A stretch of DNA of 64,000 nucleotides from Octopus vulgaris (taxonomy: Eukaryota): assembly GCA_951406725.2 (NCBI GenBank), contig OX597835.1:26288001-26352000 (forward strand), given 5' to 3'. The notes beneath the pieces are model-generated. The model ran no database searches. It had not been told where the DNA came from and saw only the letters and a program-made list of their open reading frames with translations. The position numbers and the translations under genes were made by a program. Positions 15,936-30,354 of the stretch are shown piece after piece. Numbering within the stretch: position 1 is the stretch's first letter; each line of letters opens with the position of its first letter.

Positions 15936-16660
15936 TAGTGTTTGCCCAAGAGCAACCACTAAGAACAAACTACATAAAATACAGAATAGACAACACATCA
16001 GAAAGTGATAAGTGCAGAATCTGTGGACAAAATGGTGACACCGTATGGCATATTACCAGCCAATGTACGCCACTAGCCTAGAAGGAATATAATTGACGCC
16101 ACGACAATATAGTCAGGCTTGTCCATTGGACACTTTGCAACAAGTATGGACTTGACAGAGCAAAAAATTGGTATGACCACAAACCTGAAGACATTGTCGA
16201 AAATAGAAATGCAAAGATTCTATGGAATTTTATGATTCAGTACAACCATGAGATTGAGAATAGGAAGCCGGACATAGTCTCAATTGAGAAAGAAAACAAA
16301 CTATGCTGGATTATAGACATAGCATACCCAGCTGACAACAAGGTATGTGATAGGGAAGAAAGAAAAGTTAAGAGATATGACAGGTTAGCTTGGGAAGTTT
16401 AGCAGTTGTGGTCAATGAAAAAGGTAGTAGTAGTACCAATAATTGTCGGAGCCCTGGGAAAAGTGAGCAAAAATCTCGAGAAGTACGTGGAACAAATAGG
16501 AGCTGCAATAAGGGTGGAGTACTTGAAGAAAACAGCACTGCCTGGAACCGCTCGAATACTCCGGAAGCTGCTCGAAAAATAAGGGATAGCACTTTAGTTC
16601 ACTGGCAGTGAACAGCTGACACTGTGGTACATCTCCAGCCTTAGAAGCTGTAGAAAAGGC
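15935..16660 (+). mobile_element. R4/Dong-type LINE, 5'-truncated 3' end (CCHC knuckle + RLE endonuclease), inserted in (TAA)n
   Basis: AQEQPLRTN...CRICGQNGDTVWHITSQC...RHDNIV...KILWNF...RKPDIV...IIDIA...VVPIIVGALG...TARILRK, with in-frame stops. (TAA)n on both sides. Confidence 0.9.
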
Positions 16661-16711
<51 letters not shown>

Positions 16712-16917
16712 GGGAAGAAGAAGTAGAAGAAGGAGGAGTAGAAGAAGTAGAAGTAGAAGAAGAAGAAGAAGAAGAAGAAGTAGAAGAAGTAGAAGAAGAA
16801 GAAGAAGAAGAAGAAGAAGAAGAAGAAGAAGAAGAAGAAGAAGGAGGAGGAGAAGAAGAAGAAGAAGAAGAAGAAGAAGAAGAAGAAGAAGAAGAAGAAG
16901 AAGAAGAAGAAGAAGAA

Positions 16918-17046
16918 TGGGAGACTAGCAAAATCTTGTGGGATTTTCCAATACAAACAGATCAGGTGCTTGAACATAACAGACCAGACCTAGTGGTGTT
17001 GGACAAGATGAACCACGTGGACTATATAGTCGATGTTGCATGCCCG
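16918..17046 (+). mobile_element. R4/Dong RLE fragment
   Basis: ETSKILWDFPIQTDQVLEHNRPDLVVLDK...IVDVACP. Confidence 0.8.
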
Positions 17047-17099
17047 GGAGAATTCATATTTGTACGGAACGAGTAGCGGTAGCATTGTTCACAAAAGTC

Positions 17100-17350
17100 C
17101 TAGACAAGGAGTATGAAACTGGAAATTCTGGCCAAGCTGTTAGCAAAGTGTTTGGCGATTGTCGTCGAGAAATTGATTGGTGATGCGCAAAAATGCACAA
17201 TCCCAAGCAGACCCATCCAAGACAATCTCCACATCATGCGATACATAATAGTGAGAGCGGGTGAAGAAGCTGGCATGGGTGAGGCCTCGACCAATTTGGA
17301 TCAATCTAAAACCTTCGCTAGGGTCAACCACCAATATCTTCTCAGTAGTT
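17100..17350 (+). mobile_element. L1/Tx1-clade reverse transcriptase fragment
   Basis: ILAKLLAKCL..VVEKLIGDAQKCTIPSRPIQDNLHIMR...LDQSKTFARVNHQYL matches RT domains 2-3 of Tx1-like LINEs. Confidence 0.75.
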
Positions 17351-17587
17351 AGCGAATAGTTACTTAGCAGAGCCATTCAGCATCATGCATTTCTTGGTTA
17401 ACTTTTGCTCTTGCCACTGCCTCGTTTTCTTTTAGATCTTCACCAGGCGCCCTGCCTCGCTCTACGCTTGATCCAGTGTCCTTTCGGGGTCGATAAATTA
17501 AGTACCAGTGAAGCACTAAGGCCGATGAATTCGACTTGTCCCTTCCTCAGAATTTCAGTCCTTGTGCCTTTAGTAGAAAAATTATTA

Positions 17588-17711
<124 letters not shown>

Positions 17712-17731
17712 CATTATTATCATTATTATTA

Positions 17732-17784
<53 letters not shown>

Positions 17785-17802
17785 TAGTTTTATTTTTATT
17801 TA

Positions 17803-19664
17803 TTTTTTTTTTTTTTTTTTTTTTTATAGCGTGCTTTCACTTCACTACCGAGCGCAGCTCTGTGTGCCTTGGGTATGTGCTGTGATTTGTTGTGATGCTC
17901 TGATGGTTATTGTATGGAAAGTGTTCTGCGTAGGATGTATGCAGTGCCTAGTAGTGCAATTTTCTGTATGTTATATGTGTTTGCAAGTCCTGGTGTTTTT
18001 GTTATGTATTTGTCTGAATATTTTTTTATCATGCCTAATGCACCTACTATGATAGGAATTGTTTCTGTTTTCAGATTCCACATTCTAGTTACCTCTATTT
18101 CCAGGTCTTTGTATTTTGAGAGTTTCTCCATTTCTTTTAGAGACACGTCATCTGCCGGTATTGATACATCAATTAGAAAGCATTTTTTTTCTTCATGATC
18201 TCTGACAACTATATCTGGTCTGTTGGCCTTAATTTCTCTATCTGTGTGTATCGGCATATCCCAGAGTATGGTTGCTTTCTGTTTTCTGTGACCTTTTCTG
18301 GTGTGTGCCTATACCATCTTTTTTCTGTTGTTATTCCATAATGTTGGCATAGCTTCCAATGTATGTAGGTTCCAACTCTGTCATGTCTGTGAATATATTC
18401 CTTCTTAGCCAGGACTGGGCAGCTAGAGATAATATGATTTATTGTTTCTTGTCCATCTCCACATATTCTGCAGTTACTTGTAATATTTCTTTTCATTACA
18501 TGTTTTTGGTAATTTCTGGTGGGGAGGCTTTGGTCTTGTGCTGCAATTAAAAATCCCTCTGTTTCTGCTTTGAGTCCTGAGCTTCTCAACCATTGCTGGG
18601 ATTTTTCTTTGTCTATTTCTTTTGCGTTTAGTTTAGTGCCAGTATTTACCATGAAGGGGCTTTTCTTGCCATCGTTTTATCATGGTTCGTTGCTGTTCTA
18701 TTTTTAGTTTGGATTTCATTTGTTTTATAGCTTTTGTTGTTTCTTCATCTTCTTCTTCTTCTTCTTCTTCTTCTTCTTCATGTTTATTAGGTGGTATGAT
18801 TTCTTGTTTGTATTTGTCAGCTTCCTTAAATACTGAGAACAGTTTTTTGTTTTGCTCGTGTTTTGCCGCTATCTGGATCAGTTTTCCTTCCTTCTGAAGT
18901 AGATATTTTTGCAGTCCTATGGTGGTTATTTTATAGTAGTTTTCCAGCTGTATAAGGCCTCTACCACCTTCTATACGTTGTATATATAGTCTTTCTATGT
19001 CAGATTTTGGGTGATGCATCCTAGATCCTGTCATTATTTTTCTTGTTTTCCTATCTATTTTGGTCAGTTCATTTCGTGTCCAGTTAAGGATATTGTAGCT
19101 GTAACTTATAACTGGGACAGCTAAAGTGTTGATACCTATTATCTTGTTTTTAGCATTGAGCTCTGTGTTTAGTATTGATCTAACTCGTCTATAATATTCT
19201 TTTTTTATTTTCTCTTTCATTTGTGTGTGTTGTGTCTTATCTAGTTCATGGATTCCTAAGTATTTGTAAGTTTGGCTTTGGTCTAATTCTTTTATTTCAT
19301 TGGTTTTATCTAGTGTGATGTTGTTACTCTTAACTAGTTTTCCTCTTTTCATGGTTACTTTGGCGCATTTTTCTAATCCAAATTTCATATCTATTTCTTT
19401 GGTAAATCCATGAACTGTCTTTAATAGTGTTTCCAGCTGTTTGTCATTTGCAGCGTATAGTTTTAGGTCATCCATATATAAAAGGTGGCTGATCGTTTTG
19501 CCGTAACATTTATATCCGCATCCAGTTCTATTTAGTATATCAGATAGAGGCGACAGTGCCAAGCAGAAAAGGAGTGGAGAGAGCGTGTCTCCCTGGAATA
19601 TTCCTCTTCTAATGGGGATGTCTTTGGTTTTCATGAGTCCCTCTTTTGTTTGGAGGTGTAGGAC

Positions 19665-19666
<2 letters not shown>
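17803..19666 (-). mobile_element. R4/Dong-type LINE, 5'-truncated, RT + CCHC + RLE, frameshifted; poly(A) tail; inserted in (TAA)n
   Basis: RGIFQGDTLSPLLF, YMDDLKLY, YKYLG, CRICGDGQETINHIISSC, RHDRV, NRPDIVV and FLIDVS across ORFs 18633-19811, 18209-18652 and 17907-18257. Poly-T at about 17803-17825 and (TTA)n on both flanks. Confidence 0.95.
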
Positions 19667-19749
<83 letters not shown>

Positions 19750-19924
19750 GTCATTGTTGTTGTTTTATTCAGTACTGACGTAATTGAAGATGCATTCGGC
19801 TCTGTTCGCAACCGAAAGTTTCACCTTGTATATAACAGTATGAAATTGCTTTACACCATTTATTCCTAGAAAGGAAGGCTTTAGAATAAGAAAGCTTACA
19901 CTTACCGAATTCGGATACATTCTT

Positions 19925-20185
19925 TTATTATTTTATTCTTTCATATCGTTCAGTCATTTGACTGCGGCCATGCTGGAGCACCGCCTTTAGTCGAACAAAT
20001 CCACCCCAGGACTTAGTCTTTGTAAGCCTAGTTCTTATTCTATCGGACTATTTTGCCGAACCGCTAAGTTACTGGCACATAAACACATTAGCATCGGTTG
20101 TTAAGCGATGTTGGGGGGACAAACACAGACATACAAACATATATATATATATATATATATGTTTGTATGTATATATATATATGTT

Positions 20186-20226
<41 letters not shown>

Positions 20227-20385
20227 GACGGGCTTCTTTCAGTTTCCATCTAACAAATCCTCTCACAAGGCTTTGGTTGGCCCGAGGCTATAGCAGAAGA
20301 CACTCGCCCAAAGTGCCACGCAGTGACTGAACCCGTAACCATGTGGTTGGTAAGCAAGCTACTTAACACACACAGCCACTCCGCC
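19925..20385 (-). mobile_element. tRNA-derived SINE (family B) with CORE-like motif and internal microsatellite
   Basis: Minus strand reads ggagtggctgtgtg...gggttcagtc...ggcactttgggcgagtgtcttc, then internal (TA)n, then the 3' tail ggcggtgctccagcatggccgcagtcaaatgactgaa. Other copies at 21400, 37190, 48003, 58570 and 60530. Confidence 0.85.
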
Positions 20386-21179
20386 TAAGATTATGTTCAG
20401 CATTAAGATATTTTGTTTTTGTTTTTGTGTTTACCAAATTACCTTATTTTTCATTTCTTTTTATTCTCGCCGAACATAAGACGGCTACGGAAATTTCAAA
20501 CCACGCGACCCCACTTCCCCGCCAAAGAAAATTCACAATGAGCAAAATAACAGCTCACAAACAAACAAGCAAAAAATATCAATTTAATTACACAAAAAAT
20601 ATTAATACTGAACACGAGCAAAATCAATTGTTTTAACAGTCAAAAATGCCAGTTGAATAACTCGAGTGAAAATACTGTCAACAACAAACAAAGCCACAAA
20701 AGTGTTAACAACAACAACAGTAGCAACAACGACGACGACGACGATCATGTTCGCGATGACGATGCTTTTTACGTATAGTCTTCGTCGAAAGAAATTATTT
20801 CCGCCATTTTGCTTAGCAACAACGTGTTTGCAAATGTACCGGACAACACAAGATATTGGAACATGATTCTTTTTGCTGGAGAAAGACATTATGTAAATGA
20901 CACACGATTCGTACGTAGAGTGGTGTTTCTCTTCATGAGGATTGTATACTGAAAAGGGTAATAAAAAAACAGAAAATGTCTGCCATTACTATTTTAAAAT
21001 AAAGGGGCTTTTCGAATGACATCAAAAGAGCAATTAAGAAAAAGACCCTGTCAGATGCGCGGATAAAAATTTTCGCCTTTTTGCTGAACAAAATATAGGG
21101 GAATGTTCTACGTCATTCTTGAGGAAAGCATGAAAAGCGAAGTTGACCTCGGCGCTAAAATAATGCATTCTGTTATATG

Positions 21180-22625
21180 CACAATGCCGCAAATTTAAAG
21201 GGAGGGGGGCTAATCTAGTATATGAATTCCAGTGCTCAACTGGTACTTATTTCATCGACCCCGAAACTGATGAAAAGTCCAGTGAAATTCAGTGTAATTT
21301 GAACTCAGAACACAAACAGAGTCGAAATGCTATAAACCATTTTGTCCGGTGTGCTAATAATCCGGCCAATCTGGGGACATTTTCGGTGGTAAAATAATGG
21401 TCGCAGTTGTGGCAGGGTTGTAAGAAGCTTGCTTCTTAACCACATGGTTCCAGGTTCAGTTCCAAGTTCAGTGCGTGTCACCTTGGGTGTCTTCTACTAT
21501 AGCCTTACGCCGACCAAAGACTTGAGGATGGATTTAGTGGACGGAAACTGACAGAAGCCCATCATATATATATGTGTGTGTGTGTGTGTTTATATATATA
21601 CATATGTGTGTGTGTGTGTGACTTTGTGTCTGTGTTTGTCCCCCCCCCAGCACCATTTAACAACCGGTGTTGGTGTTTATGTCCCTGTAACTTAATGCTT
21701 CGTCAAGACTGATGGATTAAATAAGTACCAGTTACACACTGGGGTCGATGTAATCGACTTAATCTCTTTGTTTGTCCCTGTTTGTCCCCCAATGTTTAGC
21801 CCCCTGTGAGCAGTAAAGAAATGAGAAATGTTAGCACGCTGGGTGAAATGCTTAACGGTATTTCGTCTGCTTTTACGTTCTGAGTTCGAATTCCACCGAA
21901 TTTGATAGAATAAGTCGATAGAATAAGTACCAGTCAAGTACTGGGGTTGATGTAATTCCCTTATCTACTCTTCCCTTGAAAATATGAAACCATATTTTGA
22001 AAGCAAGGCAGCGAGATGCCAGAATCATTAGCACGCCGAGCAGAACGCCTTTCTGCATTTCGTCCATCTTTCCGAATCTGAGTTCGCATTCCGCCGAGGC
22101 CGACTTTGTCTTTCATCCTTCTGGGGGTCGATAAAATAAGACCAAATCGTGTACTGGGACTAATGTATTCAATAAACTCCCCCCGACCTCGGCCATGTGC
22201 TAGAATTTGAAAGCATTATTATTATTATTAAAGCATCGATAAAGGCAGCGAACTGGCAGAATCATTAGCACGCCGTGCAAAGTAGGAATCGCGACATATC
22301 GTCCATCTTTACGTTCTGAGTTCAAACTCCACCGAAGCTAACTTTGCCTTTCATCCACCCAAGGTCGCTAAATTGAGTCCCCATTGAGTACTGGGGTCGA
22401 TATACTCAATTTGCCCTCAAAATTGCAGGCTGTGTGCCAAAATTTGAAAGCGTTGTTATTAATTAAGCAGCGATCGGACAAACTATTTAGCGGTAAATTT
22501 CTTCGGGGTCTTTACGCTCATAATCGATAAAATAATTCCCGATCAAGTTCTGGGGTAGAAGTAATCGATCTGCCCTCTCACTTGAAAACTGCTGGTTTTA
22601 TGCCAAAGTTAGAAAGAATTATTAT
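21180..22625. mobile_element. SINE cluster (families A and B, about 6 partial copies, mostly + strand)
   Basis: Repeated ggcagcga.ctggcagaatcattagcacgccg...gttctgagttc...cgactttgcctttcatcc...ggggtcgataaa...agtactggggtcgat motifs. Confidence 0.85.
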
Positions 22626-22717
22626 CGTTGTTGTTGTTGTTGTTGTTACTATTACTGCTGTTTGCTCTTGTTACCACGAAGGTGGCAGATAAGAGAACTG
22701 GACTGGCAGAGCAAGGG

Positions 22718-22759
22718 AATCATCATCATCATCATCGTCATAATCATCGTCATCATCAT

Positions 22760-22796
<37 letters not shown>

Positions 22797-24040
22797 GTTA
22801 TCATCGTCGTCATAATTATCAAAATCATTGTCATCGTCATCGTGGTGGCCAGCTTATGATGATGATCATCATCATCGCCGTTGTTGTCGTCTTCGTCTTC
22901 GTCGTCATCGTTTACGTCATCATCATCATCACCATCATCATCGACATCATCATCACCATCACCATCATCATCATCGTCCTCGTCGTCATCATCATTATCG
23001 TCTTCGTCATGATCATCATTACCATCATCATCACCATCATCACCATCATTGTCATCATCATCAATCTCACCACCATCATGGTCATCATTAGAGTCATCAT
23101 CATCATCATCGTCACCATCGTCGTCGTCGTCGTTATCATGGTGATCCCCCTCCTCCTCCACCTCCTCATCATCATCATCATCACCACCATCATCGTCATC
23201 ATTATCGTCATCATCAACATCGTCACCATCGTCGTCGTCGTTATCATCGTCATCCTCCTCCTCCTCCACCTCCTCCTCATCATCCTCACCACCATCATCG
23301 TCATCATTATCGTCATCATCAACATCGTCACCATCGTCGTCGTCGTTATCATCGTCATCGTCCTCCTCCTCCACTTCCTCATCATCATCACCATCACCAC
23401 CATCATCGTTATCATTATCGTCATCAACATCGTCACCATCGTCGTCGTCGTTATCATCGTCATCCTCCTCCTCCTCCACCTCCTCCTCATCATCATCATC
23501 ACCACCATCATCGTCATCATTATCGTCATCATCAACATCGTCACCATCGTCGTCGTCGTTATCATCGTCATCCTCTTCCTCCTCCACCTCCTCCTCATCA
23601 TCCTCACCACCATCATCGTCATCATTATCGTCATCATCAACATCGTCACCATCGTCGTCGTCGTTGTCATCGTCATCCTCCTCCTCCACTTCCTCATCAT
23701 CATCATCACCACTATCATCGTCATCATTATCGTCATCAACATCGTCACCATCGTCGTCGTCGTTATCATCGTCATCCTCCTCCTCCTCCACTTCCTCATC
23801 ATCATCATCACCACCATCATCGTCATCATTATCGTCATCATCAACATCGTCACCATCGTCGTCGTCGTTGTCATCGTCATCCTCCTCTTCCTCCACCTCC
23901 TCCTCATCATCATCACCACTATCATCGTCATCATTATCGTCATCATCAACATCGTCACCATCGTCGTCGCTATCATCGTCATCGTCCTCCTCATCATCAT
24001 CATCACCATCATCTTCCTAATCATCGTGATTGTCATCAGC
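22718..24040. repeat. Triplet-built minisatellite (about 100-108-bp higher-order unit of CAT/CGT/CCT)
   Basis: Unit atcaacatcgtcaccatcgtcgtcgtcgttatcatcgtcatcctcctcctcctccacctcctcctcatc...cattatcgtc repeated about 8 times (about 23110-23990). Confidence 0.9.
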
Positions 24041-25101
24041 AATGCTTTATTTCACTTCAAAAGAGCAGAAGTGCAGAGAGCAGAACGAGAACGAGAATGT
24101 GAATCGCCCCTTGAGACTTTGAGAAGCAACAATTGAACATTTAGATAAATCGAAGTTGATTGAATGGGTATAAGAGTGAAAGTGATGGATCAATCAGGAC
24201 AAAGACAACGGATGGTGCGGGAGGGGGTGCGCGGGTGGTGCGGGGTTTGCAGGAAGAGAGGGATTGAGATAGAGTGGAGAGATGTGGAGAAAATGCGGAT
24301 GGGGAGGAGGAGGAGGAGGATGAGGAGGGGGGAAGAGGAGAGGTTGAGGGTGAAGGGGGAGTGTGAAGAGAAGAGTTAGAGGAAAGAGTAAAGAGAGAGG
24401 AAGAGGATTAAAAGGAAGGAGAGAGAGAGAGAAATGTGTGTTCGAGAGAGAGAGAGAGAGAGAGTTAAGTGAGAAGCAGAGAGGAGGAGGAAAGAGGAGA
24501 AAGTGGAGGATGGAAAGGGAGGATGAAAGAGAGGAGGAGATGAAGGAGGTGATGGGATCGAGGAGGAGGTGTTTTGGAGAGAACGGAGAAGAGAGAGAGG
24601 CGGAAGTGAGAGAGAGAGAGAGAATGGCGAGAGAGGAGAAAGAATTGTAAGAGAAGATAAGAAAGAGAGAGGATGAGAAAGGGAGAGGAAGATGAGAGAT
24701 AGAGCAGTGAAAAGAAGAGGAGAGGAGGAAGAGGAGAAAGCGGAAGAGGATGAGAAGGAGGAAGACATGGAGACAGGAAAGAGGTGTCGAAGGGAAATGT
24801 TAAAACAAAGAACAATAAACCAAAACAAACACAATCCGAATGAATATTCAGGATGATGATGATGATGATGATGATTGTGATGGTGGTGGTGGTGTAGGCA
24901 GTTTATGAGATTATCAAAGTGGCAACCTCTCGTAACGACGACCACGACACCACCACCAACAACAACAACAAGGACACCAACATCGACAACAACGACAACG
25001 CCACCGCCTCCACCATCTTCACGACCACCTACACAACCAGCAAGAACAATAACTGCTACGGCTTTAACAAGAACAACTACACCACGGACACCACCATCAC
25101 T

Positions 25102-25290
25102 GCCGCCACCTCCACCGCCGCCGCCGCCGCCTCCGCCACCGCCGCCGCCACCGCCGCCGCCGCCGCCACCGCCTCCGCCGTCCGCCTCCGCCACCGCCGT
25201 CCGCCTCCGCCACCGCCGTCGCCTCCGCCACCGCCGCCGCCTCCGCCACCGCCGCCTCCGCCACCGCCGCCGCTTCCGCCACCGCCGCCG
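25102..25290. repeat. GC-rich (CCG)n / (CCGCCTCCGCCA)n low-complexity tract
   Basis: Direct reading; the only long GC-rich tract in the window. Confidence 0.9.
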
Positions 25291-26774
25291 TAACCGACTT
25301 CAACACCCCAACCACAATAGCGATGACAACATAACTCGACAGCAACAGAAGTGTTATAGTTTACACTGATGCTGAAAACGTTGACAGCTTGGAGCTTCCG
25401 TCATTGCCGGGCAGTTACGTCACATTGATACCATAGGGTGAGGGGAGTAGTATGAGATAAAGGGTAGAAGTGGAGGAGGAAGAGGAGAAGAAGGAGGAGG
25501 AGAAGGTGAAGGGGGAGAAGCAGCGGCAGAAGGGGAGAAAATGAAGAAGAAGGACTTCAAAGGAGGGAGAACTACGCGTCGAATATCCACGCTGTTGAAG
25601 GAGGCAACACCAGTTCGTATTTCTATCATGATTTGAAGAGGTTATGGGGTTGCTGCTGTCATCGATGCCGATGCTGCCACTACTGCTGCAGCTCAGATCA
25701 TCACTGATCCGTCCAGGACACCTGAAATGTAAGGCGTTCCAAGTGTAAACATCCCGCCTCTTATTCACAATATATCCTTCATTCACCTTCTCCTACCTCT
25801 CCTTTTCCTTTTATATACATACAAACTTCACCATTTTTTCACTTCCCTTTCATTCATTCGGGGGTCGATAAAATAAGTACCAGTTGAGTAATTGCAGGCC
25901 TTGTGCTTATAGTAGAAAGGATTTTTGTCTTCCTTTAGCCTTTAGTCGACTTTGCCTTTCCTTCTTTCAGGGTCATTAAAATAGTACCAATTAAGTACTG
26001 GGGTTGATATATTAACCTTACCCCCTCCCTGAAATCCCTGGCCTTGAACCAAGATTTCGAATTGATATTCACTCCTTAAGCTAACGCAGTGCATCATTCC
26101 TCCAAATCTCTGGGTTTGCTCGGTTTGCTATTAAAATTTGCTGTCAAAATTTGCTGGAGTTAGAATTTATGTGACATAAACTGGTTATATTTCTACGATG
26201 CACACTTTTTTTTAATACAGTTACTAATAATGTTTAATTTTATAGATATAATATAACGCGTAATCACAGGGACGTGAGTTCGAGTCTCATGGCTGGCCGG
26301 TAATAATTTTTTCTGCAATATATGGACAGTTTATCCTGTTCATGCTATTGTATTAGCATTATAATGCGTTTGAGAATAAATTTTTCTGTATCTTATATTG
26401 GGGTTTGTTTTAAACAGCGAAGGCTCCATCCGAGCGTCCATCCGAGTAAAACAGAAATCAGAGAAAGGGAGACTTATCTCAGTTAAGGTGGCAATTGGAT
26501 AATAACGTTAATACAGCGGTCATATGCATGCGACACTGCATACATACTTTTGTAAATACACAGATACAATAAACACATACACAAACACACACACACATAG
26601 AAAGAGGGGTGTGAGAAATATGCAGCTTTAAGGAGAGATGGGATTGGTCGCTTATCTGCTGTCCATCACAAAGAAGTGCTCACACACAGACACACACACA
26701 TACATACACACATACATACATACATATATACATACATACATACATACACACACATACATACATACATACATACA

Positions 26775-26805
<31 letters not shown>

Positions 26806-27457
26806 GTCTACTTACACCATTTTAAACTCGTGATTACCTGTGTGTACCTTTGTAAATGTGTGTGTCACGTCCCATAACTCTCTGTCTCTCTATTTTCGTA
26901 GGATCTTCCTTGTAGCTGTTACATTTTGTGAAATTTTATTATCACGTCAATATTTCCAAATTTGGTATATGGAAATAAGTTTTCATGTTAAGTCCGATTT
27001 TGCTATTTATGTGTTCCAGAAAAGTTGCAGAATGATGTTACTGAGGTTTAAATTTTAATCAATTTTGTCTAATCAGAAAAAGATTTGGAAGCTGGCATTT
27101 TGTGCATGATAGCTGGCATTTTTGCATGATTGCTGTCTATCATGAAATGAAAGCAAAATCATTACGAGGAGTAATTTTTATTAAACAGAGTAAAGCAAAG
27201 CATTACGATGACTAAAGTTGTAAAAACTTCTAAAGTTTTAATGAATAAAGTCATGTGAAACGGTCGAAAAGACATGTAAATAATTTAAAAAGGAAAAATC
27301 ATTCGCAAAGAAATTTTTGGGCAAAAAGTTGCACAAATCTGTCCTGATCAAGAGGCCTATCTGTCGGGGAAGGCATGGTCTGACATGGAATAAATAAAAA
27401 ATTATATAAGACATTATATTGTAGAAATTGCCTGGCAACAAGGGGCTGTTCAGCAAG

Positions 27458-27491
<34 letters not shown>

Positions 27492-27680
27492 CCATGATTG
27501 ACCGCTAACTCCAAAAGTTTCTTCTTTTTTATTTCTCTCTCTGTGTACTTCCTCGTGTTCCTTTCTGTTGAAGAGCGTAGGCTCGAAACCTAAAAGACAT
27601 TCTCACCTCCCGAGCGTCACACAAATACACCTTCTTGTTATCTATAGCCCTGTCTTCGTCTTTTGCTTTTCTGTAAATTT

Positions 27681-27685
<5 letters not shown>
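27492..27685 (+). mobile_element. Penelope-like non-autonomous element with variant HHR (CUGUUGA core)
   Basis: CUUU-CUGUUGA-A-GAGC guag GCUC-GAAA-CC-UA-AAAG at 27561-27596. Flanked by (TA)n; homologue at 48562-48840. Confidence 0.6.
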
Positions 27686-27718
<33 letters not shown>

Positions 27719-28204
27719 TGTATGTATGTATGTATATATAAAATATCGAGTTTAGAAGAAGATAGAATGTTTAAATGAGGATAATATTACTAACCAGGGA
27801 AAAGACAAAGGAGTCGATATGAAGAAAGAAGCCAGAGGTGAGGTAATAGAAGTTGAAACCCGGGTGTATGTGTGTGTGTGTATGTTTGTGTGTGTGTATT
27901 TGTGAATGAGTGAGTGTGTGTGCGTACGTGTGTGTGTGTGTGAACATTTGTGCTTGTAAGTGTGAATGCAATTATCTAAATATCTACATCCTACTGGTCA
28001 CACAATTATCACTCTGAACTCATCGATTTCTATTACACATACAATCGAACATACGTATCATAAACACACACACAGGCACACACATAAGCACACACACACA
28101 CGCACACGCACACGCACACACATGTGTATATATGCATACATACATACATACATACATACATACATGCATACATACATACATACATACATACATACATACA
28201 TACA

Positions 28205-28235
<31 letters not shown>

Positions 28236-28628
28236 GCATGTATGTATGTATGTATAAAGAAAAGAGAGGACGAATACAAAGGGATTCCGTTCTGCTACAA
28301 TGGAGAGACAACAAATTCGAGATATTACACCATGTTGACTGACCAGCAGACAAGAACATTCTCGAAAACTCGTCAGTGTAAATACACCTGTGTATCTTCG
28401 GCTGTGTAGTGATACCATCTATATATACATACATATATATATACATTTGTAGATATATACTTACGTACGGTATATGTGTGTACGTATATACGTACATATA
28501 TATATATATGTAGATATATATGCATATATGTGTGTACATATGTATGTGTGTTCGTGTACATCGATATACACAAACAATGCATACATAAATATATATATGT
28601 ACATATGTATGCATTCTGTTTGTGCATA

Positions 28629-28661
<33 letters not shown>

Positions 28662-28974
28662 ATATACACACACACGCACTCTCTCTCTCTCACACACACA
28701 CACTTATATATATATGCCCATGTGTGTATATATCTATACGTATGTATACAAATATATGTATTTATTCATGGATGTTTTTCGTATATACTTACATATGCAT
28801 ACATATACAAATTCAATGATTTATATAATTCGTTTGAGAGTGTGCGTACGTACATGTCTGTGTGCGTACGTATGTGCTTGTGTACGTGTGTATTTGCCGT
28901 TCCTTTGTGTATACCCTCAAGTTATATGTCAGCGCAAACATAATATCGAGTCTTAATTATATATTGATATTCCT

Positions 28975-29555
28975 ATTGGATTCAAATTTCGGCACAAGGC
29001 CAGCAACTCTGGAGGAGGTTGGTAGTTGGTTGCATCGACGCTATTGTCCATGTGTTGCCTATTTAAATGACCCCGAAAAGTGAAAGTAGAATCAGCCTCG
29101 GCGGAATTTGAACTCACAACGTGGACAGATGAATTGTCGCTAAGCATTTTTTCCAGTGTGCTAACGATTGTGCCAGAACGGCGCACTAATATTCGTTTCA
29201 AATTAGGCCCACGGTCAGCAGTTTTGGAGTAGAGTGTAGGTCGATTACTGCGACCCCCAGTACTCAACTGGTACTTATTTTATTTTATCCCCAAGATGAT
29301 GGAAGGTAAAGTCGACTTCGATGAAATTTGAACACAGAATGGAAAGACGGACGAAAATTAATAATCCTTTCCAGCATAGGCACAACGCCTGATATTTTGA
29401 GGCAAGTCAACTACATCGATCTCAATGTTGAATTGGAGCTTATGTCATCGTAAGGTTGAAAGGCGAAGTTGATTTTGACGGAATTTGCACTCAAAACGGG
29501 CGAAATGAGGCTAAGGATTATCTGAGGCGTGCTAAGCAGTCTTCCATCTCGCTTT
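28975..29555 (-). mobile_element. SINE family A chain (3 partial copies)
   Basis: ggcacaaggcc...cgaccc...gaaag..aaagtcgacttcg...gaatttgaac motifs repeated. Confidence 0.8.
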
Positions 29556-30322
29556 GATATAAACAGATACTAATAATATAATACAAAAACACAAATTCTA
29601 AAAGGCAGAAGCATGTAAATCCGAGAATATGTGTTAGTGATTAATGTAATCTGAAAGATGTAAACTTCAGGACTTTCACTGTTATAATGGACATACTAGT
29701 ACAGTAATACCTCACTTTTCGAGTACCGCTTTACGCGACGTCGGGTTGACGAGATTTATTTATCAAGCACAGGATCCAAATTTTAAACGAAGTGAAAAAC
29801 TTTCTACGGCCATAACAGATGCTTCTGCGCGTTCCTGAGAAATTTATAGAGTGCGAAAAGAAGCTTCTTCTAAGGAAACACCCCTAGTCTTGTTTTTGAA
29901 GACGAAATCTATATGTTTGTCTACGAATGTTTGTGAATCAGCGAATGCGTCTACCAGTGATGGTATGCGCGTATCTTGTACGAGTGAAAGGGATTCAGAA
30001 AACGATTATGATCTTGCCTTCGAAACACGCTTAAGTCTACTAGCGACAGCTGATGATTGGGGATTTTCCTTGTGTAGCTTGTCCTGTACTTTGTTTTTCT
30101 GTTGTAAATGTTTTACCCGTTTTCGTTCTCGTCCTGTTCCACGTCTCTGTCTTTCTGTTGTAAACAAATGGCTTTTCCGTTTTCGGTTCTGTTGAGTTCT
30201 ACGTCTTTTTGTGGTGTCCTGTACTTACGTATATATATTTATATATGCATGTATATATACATGTAGATGTAGGTACGTACATATATGTTTGTATGTATGC
30301 ATATATTTTATTTATTACACTG

Positions 30323-30354
<32 letters not shown>

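Noticed and set aside
21830-22625. Repeated motifs with variable spacing that might suggest a CRISPR array
   Set aside because: They are tandem SINE fragments in eukaryotic DNA; repeats are not identical, spacing is irregular and there are no cas genes.
24905-25369. Thr/Pro-rich ORF (MRLSKWQPLVTTTTTPPP...)
   Set aside because: Low-complexity ACC/CCG tract open in several frames on both strands, with no domain or splice support.
26265-26300. tRNA gene (gtgagttcgagtctcat T-arm)
   Set aside because: Only a B-box-like T-arm with no cloverleaf; probably repeat-derived.
29990-30045. HHR-like CAGAAAA...CGAAACACGC
   Set aside because: Core too degenerate to call, although the context looks like a Penelope-type 3' end.
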